The notes: a model not told the origin generated them from the sequence alone. DNA of 13,814 nt from Candidatus Latescibacterota bacterium (GCA_038279365.1 JAYODI010000032.1:1-13814); one strand, 5' to 3'. Shown: positions 1-8,153, counted from the stretch's first letter. Numbers and translations: made by a program.

Positions 1-38
1 ATCGTTGCACAGGAATTTATTCCTACGCGATGGTGATG

Positions 39-398
39 TTATTTGTCTTCGGGTGGAATGTAGCGGTTGCCCAGTTCGACATAGTCTTCGCGAATGGGCG
101 AAAAAATATCCAGTGCCACACAGGGGCCATCAACGGCTTCTGCACGGTGTGGCACGCCACCAGGGATGATGAAAGATTCACCGGGGTGAACAATGCGGGT
201 TTCACCATCAATGGTGAATTTCATTTTGCCCTCAAGCATCACCCCTCCCTGCTCGTGTGGATGACTGTGCATAGGCACAACTGCGCCTTCGTCAAACTCG
301 ACACGCGAGAGCATGAGGTTTTTGCCATAGGGTGCACGAATGCGAATGCCAGGTGCCACTTCGTTGGGGGGGATATCTTCCCAGTTTATGAATGACAT
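39..398 (-). CDS. Cupin domain-containing protein (Cupin_2-like), 119 aa
   Basis: Cupin metal motifs PMHSHPHEQ and GESFIIPGGVPH. Start moved from the ORF-track 473 to the ATG at 398 (MSFINWEDIP), which has an AAAGGA SD-like sequence upstream. Confidence 0.88.
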   Translation of the reverse strand: MSFINWEDIPPNEVAPGIRIRAPYGKNLMLSRVEFDEGAVVPMHSHPHEQGGVMLEGKMKFTIDGETRIVHPGESFIIPGGVPHRAEAVDGPCVALDIFSPIREDYVELGNRYIPPEDK

Positions 399-638
399 AG
401 CATGTCCTTTCTTTGATGTTCGAAATATATGATGGCGCAAAATAGCGCGATAACCTTGAGAATGCACGTACAAAGTGGAAGGATGTGTCTTGCGCCTGAA
501 ATAGGGTTGGACTATATTTGTGGGATAAAAGCATTTGAAAAATACAACTGTTATAAACCGATTGACGTGTTAAAGATGATGTGTTACAGAAAATTCGTTT
601 GTTATTACAAGATCTGATTGCTGGATTATAGGAACTTT

Positions 639-1262
639 ATGTCAAAAAATATTATGCTTTATTATGTCGCCGATCCAATGTGCTCGTGGTGCTGGGGGTT
701 TCAGGCGAATTTGATGCAGATCAAAGAGGCTCTGCCCAGTGAATTGCCATTGGTTTATGTGATGGGGGGCTTGGCGCGAGATTCTGCTGAGCCGATGCCT
801 GAAGATGTGAAAGCCTACGTGAAAAATGCGTGGCGACAAGTAACGGCAGAAACTGGGGCCGTGTTTAATTGGGATTTTTGGAAGGTGTGTGAGCCGAGGC
901 GATCCACCTACCCCTCCTGTCGGGCCTTTTATGCAGCCCAAGCACAAGGTGAAGAATCGGGTGTGTTGATGTTTGAGGCAATTCAACGGGCCTATTATCA
1001 GGAAGCACGCAATCCGTCTGATTTGGATACGCTTGTTGCAGTGGCTGATGAGATTGGTTTGGATGTGGATCGGTTTGTTTTGGACTTGAAATCTGGTGCC
1101 ATTGAAAAAGCGATGCAAGAGGGTTTTCAACTTCGGCGAGAGTTACAGGCAAATGAATTTCCCAGTTTGGTTTTTCGCAAGGGTGAGCGTGTGGATTTTT
1201 TGGTGCGTGGATATGATGCCGTTGAGGTGGTTTTAGATCGGTTGGAAATGGCGTTGATGTAA
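639..1262 (+). CDS. DsbA-family thioredoxin-fold protein (putative protein-disulfide isomerase, FrnE/HCCA-isomerase-like), cytoplasmic
   Basis: N-terminal YYVADPMCSWCWGF (CxxC), central STYPSCRA, and C-terminal cis-Pro loop FPSL. No signal peptide. ATG at 639 (AGGA upstream) preferred over the ORF-track start at 618. Confidence 0.88.
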   Translation: MSKNIMLYYVADPMCSWCWGFQANLMQIKEALPSELPLVYVMGGLARDSAEPMPEDVKAYVKNAWRQVTAETGAVFNWDFWKVCEPRRSTYPSCRAFYAAQAQGEESGVLMFEAIQRAYYQEARNPSDLDTLVAVADEIGLDVDRFVLDLKSGAIEKAMQEGFQLRRELQANEFPSLVFRKGERVDFLVRGYDAVEVVLDRLEMALM

Positions 1263-1310
1263 AACTTTGGGTAAATGGTGTGGTCGTCAAAAGTGATATC
1301 GTGGTTACTG

Positions 1311-1343
1311 ATAGCGCCGGATTGTTTTCGACGCTATTTTTTT
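1311..1343 (+). terminator. Putative intrinsic terminator between the convergent dsbA-like and acylase-like genes
   Basis: ATAGCG (1311-1316) pairs with CGCTAT (1332-1337) around an imperfect inner stem, followed by a T run to 1343. Confidence 0.5.
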
Positions 1344-3402
1344 ATGGTGTTTTTAACGTGTGTTTGAGTGTGAGGCGATTGGGTGAGATGCCAAATTGTG
1401 TGGGTTTGAGTTGGGCTTGTGCATAGAGGTTTTGGGCTTGATCAGATAGATGAGGTGATTGTAAATCATCACTTTGCCCAAATGGAACCACAGAATAGGA
1501 TTCCACTTTTTGGGGAGCACGAAAACACATGAGCGTGGTTTGCGATGGGCCAGAGGTGGCATCGCGTGTGTGTGTGGTGAGTTGGCTTTGAATGGCGCGT
1601 AGACCAAATGCACTGCCTAATAAAGGCCACGATTGTTTGTTTAGGCGGAGGCGGTGTATTTCTTTCCAGTAGACTTGGGTGCGTCCATAGGTGTTTTCGA
1701 GATGTTGTACGGCTTCAGAAAATGCGGTTACAAGTGCTTTTGCGGTTGATGGCCCCAAAGGTTGGTTGGCTAAAATTTGTGTGGTGTTGATGTCGCGCCC
1801 TTTTGTGGCACAGCGTGCCCGCCATTCTGCATAAAGTGTGATGCCAACCGATTCGGTGTCTGCACGTCCATCCCATCGGTTTAGGATGTTGAGTGCTTGG
1901 CTATGTTGGAAAGTAGGTGTTTTTGCGGCGGCGATATTAAGAGCACGCATCCAACGTTCGGAGTGAATAGAATAGGTATCTTGTGTATATTGCGTGGCTT
2001 CGAGTAAAGTGAGGCGGGTATTGCTCGATAAAAGATTGCGCGCTCGAAAAGAGCGCGGTGATTCGGATTGAGGATAATACCGCGAAACATAAGCAGGGTG
2101 AAGCGGAGATGTGAGCACGGTGCCCCTGGTTAGGCGGTCGGGAGATGCGTCGCTGTCTTGTATCCATTCGGCAGATGGGTTAATCAGTTGAGGCAGTTCT
2201 TCTTGGTTGTGAAAGCCTTGCCATTCTGTGTCTGATGTGTTGCCTGACATGGGGCGGTTCCATGTGTGAAATTCGGAACGAATGGGAATACGGCCTGTAA
2301 TAAAATAGGCGATGTTGCCATACACGTCGCCATAGATCACACGGCGTGGTGAGGTGTGGGTTTGTTGCAATGCTGTGTAGAATGCTTTTTGGTCTTGTGC
2401 GGTCATCATGCGGTAATATTGTTCAATTTGTTTTACGTCGTCGGCAAGAGAGAGGCGATAGGCATAGGCTTTGTTGCCATCGCGGTGAATGATGGGGCCG
2501 TGGTGGGTGCGTTGATACAAGCGTTTTTGTTGTGTAATTGTGTCGCCACTGCGCACGGCAATGGTGGTGGTGTCGGTAAAAATAGGACGCCATGTTTGGT
2601 CGTGTTTGTAGCGGTTGGCAATGGGTGAGTCGAGGGCGATTTCATAAACGTCGGCACCGTCAGCACCGCCAGCGATGATAGACCACCCCACTGTTTGGTT
2701 GTGACCTGTGGCAAATACAGGCAAACCCAGTGTGGCAAATCCAAAGGCGTGTAGAATGTTGCTGTGCAGGTGGGCCTCATAGGGGCGCAAGGTGTTGTTA
2801 AAGGGCGCAAAAGGATCGGCACAAAGCAATACGGCGTCTTCTGCCGAGTGTTTTGCCGAGACAGCCCATTGGTTGCCTGTGTGAAATGGGAGGGGTTTGC
2901 CCGTATATTCACTGTTTGCTTGTTGTAAAAGGGGTTGATAAGCCAAGTAATGACCCAAAGCAACCACGTCTTGTGGGCTGGGTTCCGTACCCCAAGCGGG
3001 AACACGTTGGGGGTTTTGTTGCATAAAGGCGCGGATACCTTTTACAAAGTGTTGTATGTAAATGCGCACATCGGGTGCGATTTCATTATATTTTTTTAAT
3101 GCCAGTGCGTGGTGTTGCCATAACCGCTGTTGCAAGTCGTGGTCGAGGTGTTCTGGACCAAATGCTTCAGACATGGTGCCCGTAGCCATACGATAGTTTT
3201 TTAAAAGGGCCTCCAAACGATCTTCGGCCTGAGCATATCCAAACCCATACATGACTTCTTCTGTTGTTTGGGCATAAATGTGTGGCACCCCCCAATTGTC
3301 GCGGTAGATTTTGACATCGGCAAAAATGGGGCGTGTGATGATCAGTATGAGACAGATGGTTTTGTAGGGTATCATTATTCTGAACTGGCTTGACAGGTTC
3401 AT
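1342..3402 (-). CDS. Penicillin acylase / GL-7-ACA acylase family (Ntn hydrolase) protein with degenerate catalytic residues, probably exported
   Basis: Alpha-chain motifs IYRDNWGVPHIYA and YGFGYAQAEDRL; beta-chain motifs NQWAV, YEAHL, GLP..GHN, RTHHGPI, YGDVYGNIAY, ELPQLINP, GQSDDLQSPHLSDQA. Hydrophobic N-terminus ending IFA. True start may be the ATG at 3375 (MIPYKT). Confidence 0.9.
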   Translation of the reverse strand: MNLSSQFRIMIPYKTICLILIITRPIFADVKIYRDNWGVPHIYAQTTEEVMYGFGYAQAEDRLEALLKNYRMATGTMSEAFGPEHLDHDLQQRLWQHHALALKKYNEIAPDVRIYIQHFVKGIRAFMQQNPQRVPAWGTEPSPQDVVALGHYLAYQPLLQQANSEYTGKPLPFHTGNQWAVSAKHSAEDAVLLCADPFAPFNNTLRPYEAHLHSNILHAFGFATLGLPVFATGHNQTVGWSIIAGGADGADVYEIALDSPIANRYKHDQTWRPIFTDTTTIAVRSGDTITQQKRLYQRTHHGPIIHRDGNKAYAYRLSLADDVKQIEQYYRMMTAQDQKAFYTALQQTHTSPRRVIYGDVYGNIAYFITGRIPIRSEFHTWNRPMSGNTSDTEWQGFHNQEELPQLINPSAEWIQDSDASPDRLTRGTVLTSPLHPAYVSRYYPQSESPRSFRARNLLSSNTRLTLLEATQYTQDTYSIHSERWMRALNIAAAKTPTFQHSQALNILNRWDGRADTESVGITLYAEWRARCATKGRDINTTQILANQPLGPSTAKALVTAFSEAVQHLENTYGRTQVYWKEIHRLRLNKQSWPLLGSAFGLRAIQSQLTTHTRDATSGPSQTTLMCFRAPQKVESYSVVPFGQSDDLQSPHLSDQAQNLYAQAQLKPTQFGISPNRLTLKHTLKTP

Positions 3403-3546
3403 GGAATTTTTTTTCTTTTAGAAACAGATATTGTGTGGTGTCTGTTTTTTTGTATCGTTTTTTAAAGCCGTCTCTTGTCAGCGTCTGTGTTATTTTAAGC
3501 TTGTTCACACTTTGAGACGAGAAAATACTCAAAAGGAGGTTCGAAT

Positions 3547-3930
3547 ATGGCCGAAGTATCTGCTGAACAGCAAAATGAATTGTTATTTATGCAACTGGTA
3601 ATGATGTTTCAAGGCATGGCCATGCAAAACTTGGGCAAGGTGATGAACCCTGTTACCAACAAGGTGGAACGCAATTTGGATCAGGCCAAAAATATGATTG
3701 ATCTTTTGGGCATGTTGGAAAACAAAACAAAGAACAATTTGAATGAGAATGAAAAGCGGTTGTTGGATCATGCATTGTATGAATTGCGCATGAATTTTAT
3801 AGATGAAATGAAAAAGGGAAAATCTGAACCAAAAGATGCCGAAACAAAAACAGAGCACACCGATACCACCAGTCAGGCAGAACAACAGACAAATGAAAGT
3901 GCAGATACGGCAGAGGAAAAGCCTTCATGA
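3547..3930 (+). CDS. DUF1844-like domain protein
   Basis: Pattern AMQNLGKVMNP...NLDQAKNMIDLLGMLENKTKNNLNENEKRLL...LYELRMNF resembles DUF1844. Strong SD AAGGAGGT upstream; charged low-complexity tail. Confidence 0.8.
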   Translation: MAEVSAEQQNELLFMQLVMMFQGMAMQNLGKVMNPVTNKVERNLDQAKNMIDLLGMLENKTKNNLNENEKRLLDHALYELRMNFIDEMKKGKSEPKDAETKTEHTDTTSQAEQQTNESADTAEEKPS

Positions 3931-4484
3931 AAAAAACGCAAAATGGGAAGCTTGGGAGTTGTAAATGGTATGGCGCATCTTCCATTGGTGCTGCGCATGT
4001 GGTGTTTTTGCTTCCTGTTTTCTTTTTTTTCTTAGGGGGGTGCGCCTATTATTCCACGTCGGCAACGGGCAGTGGCGGCATTCGCACCGTGGCGGTTCCA
4101 TTGCTTGAAAATGAGAGCTTAGAAGCCAATATTCATCAGGCGCTAACCGATAGCCTCACACAAGGGTTTGTTAGTGATGGGGCGTTGCGTGTGGTGGATG
4201 AAGATTTGGCCGATGCCATTTTGCAAGCTACGGTTGTGGAGGTAAAAGAAGATCCTTTTACATATTCCAATCAGGCCGACCAATATCAGATTTCTGTTTT
4301 TCTTAAAGTGGTTTTTTACGACACGCGTGAAAAAAAAGCCATTTGGGAAAATGAGCGCATGCGCGGTTATGGCATTTATAGTGCGGTCGGTTCTCGCGAG
4401 TTGAATCGTCAAGCGGGTATCAATGAAGCCATTCAAATGTTGACCCGAGATGTGGTTGATCGCACCCAAGTGGGTGGGTGGTAA
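3927..4484 (+). CDS. LptE-like lipoprotein (LPS assembly family)
   Basis: Hydrophobic stretch plus lipobox LGG-C(38), then IRTVAVPLLENES...LTDSLTQGF...ADAILQATV...IWE, ending in W. ATGA overlap with the upstream stop implies translational coupling. Confidence 0.72.
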   Translation: MKKTQNGKLGSCKWYGASSIGAAHVVFLLPVFFFFLGGCAYYSTSATGSGGIRTVAVPLLENESLEANIHQALTDSLTQGFVSDGALRVVDEDLADAILQATVVEVKEDPFTYSNQADQYQISVFLKVVFYDTREKKAIWENERMRGYGIYSAVGSRELNRQAGINEAIQMLTRDVVDRTQVGGW

Positions 4485-4490
4485 CGCTTT

Positions 4491-4529
4491 GGGGGCTTGT
4501 TGTCATCTATATTGATTGCAACAGCCCCC
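4491..4529. terminator. Hairpin between convergent lptE-like and phyH genes, possible terminator
   Basis: GGGGGC-T-TGTTG (4491-4502) pairs with CAACA-GCCCCC (4519-4529). Only a weak U-rich tail on the + strand. Confidence 0.5.
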
Positions 4530-4537
4530 TATGTTAT

Positions 4538-5377
4538 TTATTGAGAGGGTTCCAATAAGGCCTTGAGTGGTACATCTTCTGGGCGTGGGATGTAATAACT
4601 GATGGGGGCCGATACCACGCCGAGCAGTTGTTTTTGAATGGGGTTGCAGCGGGCCACCAGTTCATCGGGCATGGCAATATAGTCCATGGGTTTGACCCAG
4701 CGGTATCCATACCCCATAAAGATGGTTTTGCGCGATGTATCTGACCAATTTTGTGATACGGTATGATAGGTTCTTTGTTCAAAGATAAATGCGGTTCCGG
4801 GTTTGAGGTTGAGCGATATGGCCCCGCGTAAGTGGCCTGTTTCTGGATCAACGGGTGGGCTGCCCCACATGCGGTTGCTGCCAGGCACAATTTTGGTCGC
4901 GCCCGATGCGGGGTCGGTTTGGTCGCTGATGACGTAGGCTATTTTGAGCATAATGCGTGGGTGCGGTTCGGTCATTTCACGTGGCGACGTGCCACCATCG
5001 CGGTGCCAACTCCCTTTGCGTTTTTCTTCTTCAGACGGTTCTGGGCCTGGTGGAATGACGATGAGGTGTGAGGTGATCATCTGAATGTTCCAGTTGAGAA
5101 TTTGCCAAGCCAAAGGTGCGGTGGTGGGCCAATCGAGCAGTTGCAAAAAAGAAGGGTGATGCACAATGCAGTTGCGCAGGTTCAATTCATTGTCGTTGCG
5201 GAAGTGATCTTTTAAACTCGGGTCGTTATAAAGTTCGTCAATCGCGTTGTCGAGTTCTTTGATCAAAGCATCTGGCAACGCGTTTTCTATGATGAGATAG
5301 CCATTGGCATCAAAGAATGTGCGTTGTTCGTCGGTTAAGACGGCTTGTTCTGTTGTTTGGGCGGTGGGTGCCATCAT
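4538..5377 (-). CDS. Phytanoyl-CoA dioxygenase (PhyH) family Fe(II)/2-oxoglutarate dioxygenase, copy 1
   Basis: FFDANGYLIIENAL, WHRD (HxD), GATKIVPGSN, distal His in RTYH, 2OG-binding Arg in SRKT. Three tandem ATGs (5380/5377/5374) follow AGGAG; spacing favours the second or third. Confidence 0.9.
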   Translation of the reverse strand: MMAPTAQTTEQAVLTDEQRTFFDANGYLIIENALPDALIKELDNAIDELYNDPSLKDHFRNDNELNLRNCIVHHPSFLQLLDWPTTAPLAWQILNWNIQMITSHLIVIPPGPEPSEEEKRKGSWHRDGGTSPREMTEPHPRIMLKIAYVISDQTDPASGATKIVPGSNRMWGSPPVDPETGHLRGAISLNLKPGTAFIFEQRTYHTVSQNWSDTSRKTIFMGYGYRWVKPMDYIAMPDELVARCNPIQKQLLGVVSAPISYYIPRPEDVPLKALLEPSQ

Positions 5378-5528
5378 CATGACTCCTGATATTTTGATAT
5401 GGACAGTGTTCTCTTTTTGATTCTAAAAAGGGTTGCTGCTAAATTAGGGTTCAATGGGATATTTGGCAACCCAAAGGTGTTGGCCTCTGGATGCTTGTTT
5501 CTGAACGGAGATTTTATAGATATCCAAA

Positions 5529-5571
5529 TAAAAAAGCCGAAGCGATCATTTGAGTCGCTTCGGCTTTTTTA
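5529..5571 (-). terminator. Intrinsic terminator (bidirectional geometry) downstream of PhyH copy 2
   Basis: Perfect 16-bp inverted repeat AAAAAAGCCGAAGCGA (5530-5545) / TCGCTTCGGCTTTTTT (5555-5570) with a 9-nt loop, about 17 nt past the stop at 5588. Confidence 0.88.
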
Positions 5572-5587
5572 ATGGGATGATTGTTAT

Positions 5588-6490
5588 TTAAGACTTGAGG
5601 TTTTGGCGCCCATCGCCACAACCGCCTTCGCCTGTGGCACGCACACCGGGTTTGCCACTTTGTGTGGTGCCTTTGTAGGCATAAGGGTCTTCACCTGCAA
5701 TCATAACAATTTCACGGACATCTGCTGTGGCCATACGCTCACCCTCTTTTGGAAGATGCCACGGCAAGAGCGATTCGGCGCTCATATAATGGTTGACCAA
5801 TACGCGCCGAAACCCTGACGGTGCGCGGTTGGGCAATGAGCGATGGAGCAGGTAGCCGTTGAAGAAAACGATGCTGCCCGCTTTGACCTCTACGGGAATG
5901 GCATCGTCATCTGTATAGGGAAAACGGAAGGTTTCATGGGCGCAGTCAAATCGGCTGTCGTGATGGACACGTTGGGGCCATAAGATGCCGCGTTTGTGAG
6001 AGCCTGGAATGATCCAAAGGCATCCATTTTCTGTCGTTGCATCATCTAAGGCCATCCACCCGCCCGTGAGGGAACGGTCGCGGGTGGGGATGTAGATTTC
6101 GTCTTGGTGCCACGCTTGGCCAGGTTTTCCAGAGGCCTTGATAAAGAGCATGGATTGCATGCATTTGACATTGGGACCAATGATGCGGGTGAGGGTTTCG
6201 GCCACGACGGGGTGAGAGAGTGCATCGTACATGATTGGAGAAATTTTGTGAATCATGTGAATGCAAAGGACACGCTGATTGACCGTATCATCGGCGTCTT
6301 CGGGGGTGGCTTCGGGCAAATTGTTGACTTCTCCGCGATCTCCTCGGCAGATGGCTGTGGTTTCGTTGCGAAGTGATTCAATTTCGTCGGGTGAAAGTGC
6401 ATTGGGCACAATGAGATACCCGTTTTCGTGGTAGAAGGCAACATCGTCATTGCTGATGCGAGAGGTGATTTCCTCGGCGGCGAGGGCCAT
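5588..6490 (-). CDS. PhyH family Fe(II)/2OG dioxygenase, copy 2
   Basis: FYHENGYLIVPNAL, KPGQAWHQD, WMALDDATTENGCLWIIPGSHK, LLHRSLPN...FRR. ATG at 6490 has AGGAG at good spacing. Confidence 0.92.
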   Translation of the reverse strand: MALAAEEITSRISNDDVAFYHENGYLIVPNALSPDEIESLRNETTAICRGDRGEVNNLPEATPEDADDTVNQRVLCIHMIHKISPIMYDALSHPVVAETLTRIIGPNVKCMQSMLFIKASGKPGQAWHQDEIYIPTRDRSLTGGWMALDDATTENGCLWIIPGSHKRGILWPQRVHHDSRFDCAHETFRFPYTDDDAIPVEVKAGSIVFFNGYLLHRSLPNRAPSGFRRVLVNHYMSAESLLPWHLPKEGERMATADVREIVMIAGEDPYAYKGTTQSGKPGVRATGEGGCGDGRQNLKS

Positions 6491-6514
6491 AAAAACTCCT
6501 AATTCAATTAGCAT

Positions 6515-6543
6515 TTGGAAATAAGGGTGTAAGATGCTATAAT
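6515..6543 (+). promoter_or_regulatory. Putative sigma70 promoter for the glmS' - kinase - phyH - lyase unit
   Basis: TTGGAA (6515-6520), 17-nt spacer, TATAAT (6538-6543) with extended -10 TG at 6535-6536. Confidence 0.55.
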
Positions 6544-6573
6544 TAAGTCACTTTGGGTGGGTTTGGTCAAGTT

Positions 6574-6610
6574 AAAAAAGACTCAATTACCTGTGTTGGG
6601 GCTTTTTTTT
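6574..6610 (+). terminator. Terminator-like hairpin upstream of the glmS fragment
   Basis: AAAAAAGACTCAA (6574-6586) pairs with TTGGGGCTTTTTT (6596-6608), with one mismatch and one G-U pair; 8-T run at 6603-6610. Confidence 0.5.
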
Positions 6611-6671
6611 ATTTGTAGGGCAATGGATTTGAAGGCTTGGATGACGGTTCATTTTGATATGGAGAATATGT

Positions 6672-7022
6672 ATGTGTGGCATTGTGGGTTATGTGGGTAA
6701 AAAGAAAGCAACCGATGTATTGGTACGTGGGTTACAACGCTTAGAATATCGGGGCTACGATTCGGCAGGCGTGGCGGTGCTTGATGGGAAAATGTTGGAT
6801 GTGCGCCGGGCCTTGGGGCGTGTGGCCGACTTAAAAGAAAAGCTTGTCAGCAAACCTGTGGCGGGCGGTGTGGGCATTGGTAAGACGGTGATGGGACGCC
6901 GCAAAAAGGTGATGGGGGAGGCCGAAGAACGGGCCTTTTTGGCCATTACCCGTCAGGCATTGGCGCTTGAAAGACAACCGTTGGACAAAGAACTTTTAGA
7001 TCCTGTTGAAGGTATGGTATAA
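6672..7022 (+). pseudogene. glmS: 5' fragment (70 codons) of glutamine--fructose-6-phosphate aminotransferase fused to an unrelated 46-aa tail
   Basis: MCGIVGY...[16 protein letters not shown]...GVGIG is the GlmS N-terminus (Cys1 nucleophile), with SD GGAGA. Similarity ends at 6881, exactly where HTRWATHG is expected, and I do not find that motif in the other frames. Full GlmS is about 600 aa. Confidence 0.85.
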
Positions 7023-7025
7023 AAA

Positions 7026-8153
7026 ATGACCCATCAGATTCATGATGCATCATATCAAGAGCTCGAAAAGGAAGTTGCAGACCGCACGCGTGCCTTGCGC
7101 GAAAGTGAAGAGCGGTTTCGCAGATTGGCCGAGGCTTCTTTTGAAGGTGTTGTGATTTCTGAAAAGGGTGTGATTCTCGATGTAAATGAATTGTACTGTG
7201 ACATGTTGGGGTATACCCGCTCTGAATTGTTGGGTCACTCTTTGTTGGCATGGGTAGCGCCCCAGCTTCAGGAGCGTGTGAAACATTATATTGAGACCGA
7301 TTATGATGAACCGTATGAAAGTGTGATGCTTAAAAAGGATGGTTCCCAGTTTCCGATAGAGGTGCGTGCCCGTACCGTTCCTTATGATGGACGGTTGGTT
7401 CGCGTTGCCGCGATTAGAGATATTTCGGAACGGAAAATGATGGAGCAAGAAAAGATTCGTTTGGAACGTGTAAATGCCATTGGTGAGTTGGTGCAAGGTG
7501 TGGCCCACAATTTCAATAATTTGCTTGTGGGCATGTTGGGCAATGCCCAGTTGATTCAAATGCGTTCTAAAGATGAAGAGGTGCTTGGAGATGCCAATTT
7601 AATTGTGGAGAGCGCACTGCGGGCAAAGGAGTTGGTTCGGCGATTGCAGGTTTCTATTCAAGGAGATCGGGAATATACGTTGGCCGTTGATGTAAATGAG
7701 GTCATCCAACGCGCATTGGAATTAACGCGACCACGCTGGCAAGATGAATCCCATGTCAATGGGGTTGTTGTGGTTGTTGATTTACGGCTCAATTTTGTTT
7801 CGCCCGTTTGGGGTGCGTGGGAGCGGTTGCGTGATGTGATGGTAAATTTGATTTTAAATGCTGTAGAGGCGATGCCCAATGGGGGAACGTTGACGATTGA
7901 AACGAAAATGGTTGATAAGGTGGTGCACGTTGTATTTACGGATACGGGAATAGGGATGAATGAAGAAATACGGCGCCGTGTGTTTGAACCTTTTTTTACC
8001 ACCAAGTCTAATGTGGGCAGTGGGTTGGGGTTGTCTTTGGTACAGGGTACCATTAAAAGTTGGGGGGGCACGGTGGAAATTGAGAGTGCCGAGGGGAAAG
8101 GTACGCGGGTGATGATGCAGTTGCCTGCTTATGAAAACACGGAGCAATCGTAA
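7026..8153 (+). CDS. PAS-domain sensor histidine kinase, apparently N-terminally truncated, no adjacent response regulator
   Basis: S-helix LEKEVADRT, PAS/PAC (SEERFRRL...KKDGSQFPIEV...RDISERK), H-box GVAHNFNNLL, N-box NLILNAVEAM, G1 DTGIGM, F-box FEPFFTTK, G2 GSGLGL. No transmembrane helix and no receiver domain. Confidence 0.9.
   Translation: MTHQIHDASYQELEKEVADRTRALRESEERFRRLAEASFEGVVISEKGVILDVNELYCDMLGYTRSELLGHSLLAWVAPQLQERVKHYIETDYDEPYESVMLKKDGSQFPIEVRARTVPYDGRLVRVAAIRDISERKMMEQEKIRLERVNAIGELVQGVAHNFNNLLVGMLGNAQLIQMRSKDEEVLGDANLIVESALRAKELVRRLQVSIQGDREYTLAVDVNEVIQRALELTRPRWQDESHVNGVVVVVDLRLNFVSPVWGAWERLRDVMVNLILNAVEAMPNGGTLTIETKMVDKVVHVVFTDTGIGMNEEIRRRVFEPFFTTKSNVGSGLGLSLVQGTIKSWGGTVEIESAEGKGTRVMMQLPAYENTEQS

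Noticed and set aside
562-590. Promoter TTGACG-17-TACAGA for the dsbA-like gene
   Set aside because: Good -35, but the -10 lacks the conserved final T; not supportable alone.
429-617. 62-aa plus-strand ORF in the cupin/dsbA intergenic region
   Set aside because: AT-rich divergent promoter region; no SD and no recognisable motifs.
5430-5472. Imperfect inverted repeat GGGTTGC...GCAACCC upstream of PhyH copy 1
   Set aside because: Only a 7-bp core with a long spacer, and no second copy noticed upstream of the other phyH genes.
6545-6671. glmS ribozyme upstream of the glmS fragment
   Set aside because: No AGCGCC cleavage-site core or recognisable conserved ribozyme segments in the leader.
6672-7022. 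Tn7 attachment site or Tn7 insertion at glmS
   Set aside because: attTn7 is at the 3' end of glmS, which is absent here, and no tns genes or transposon ends are visible.
6882-7022. glmS continuing through a simple frameshift
   Set aside because: Neither alternative + frame gives HTRWATHG or other GlmS sequence; both hit stops.
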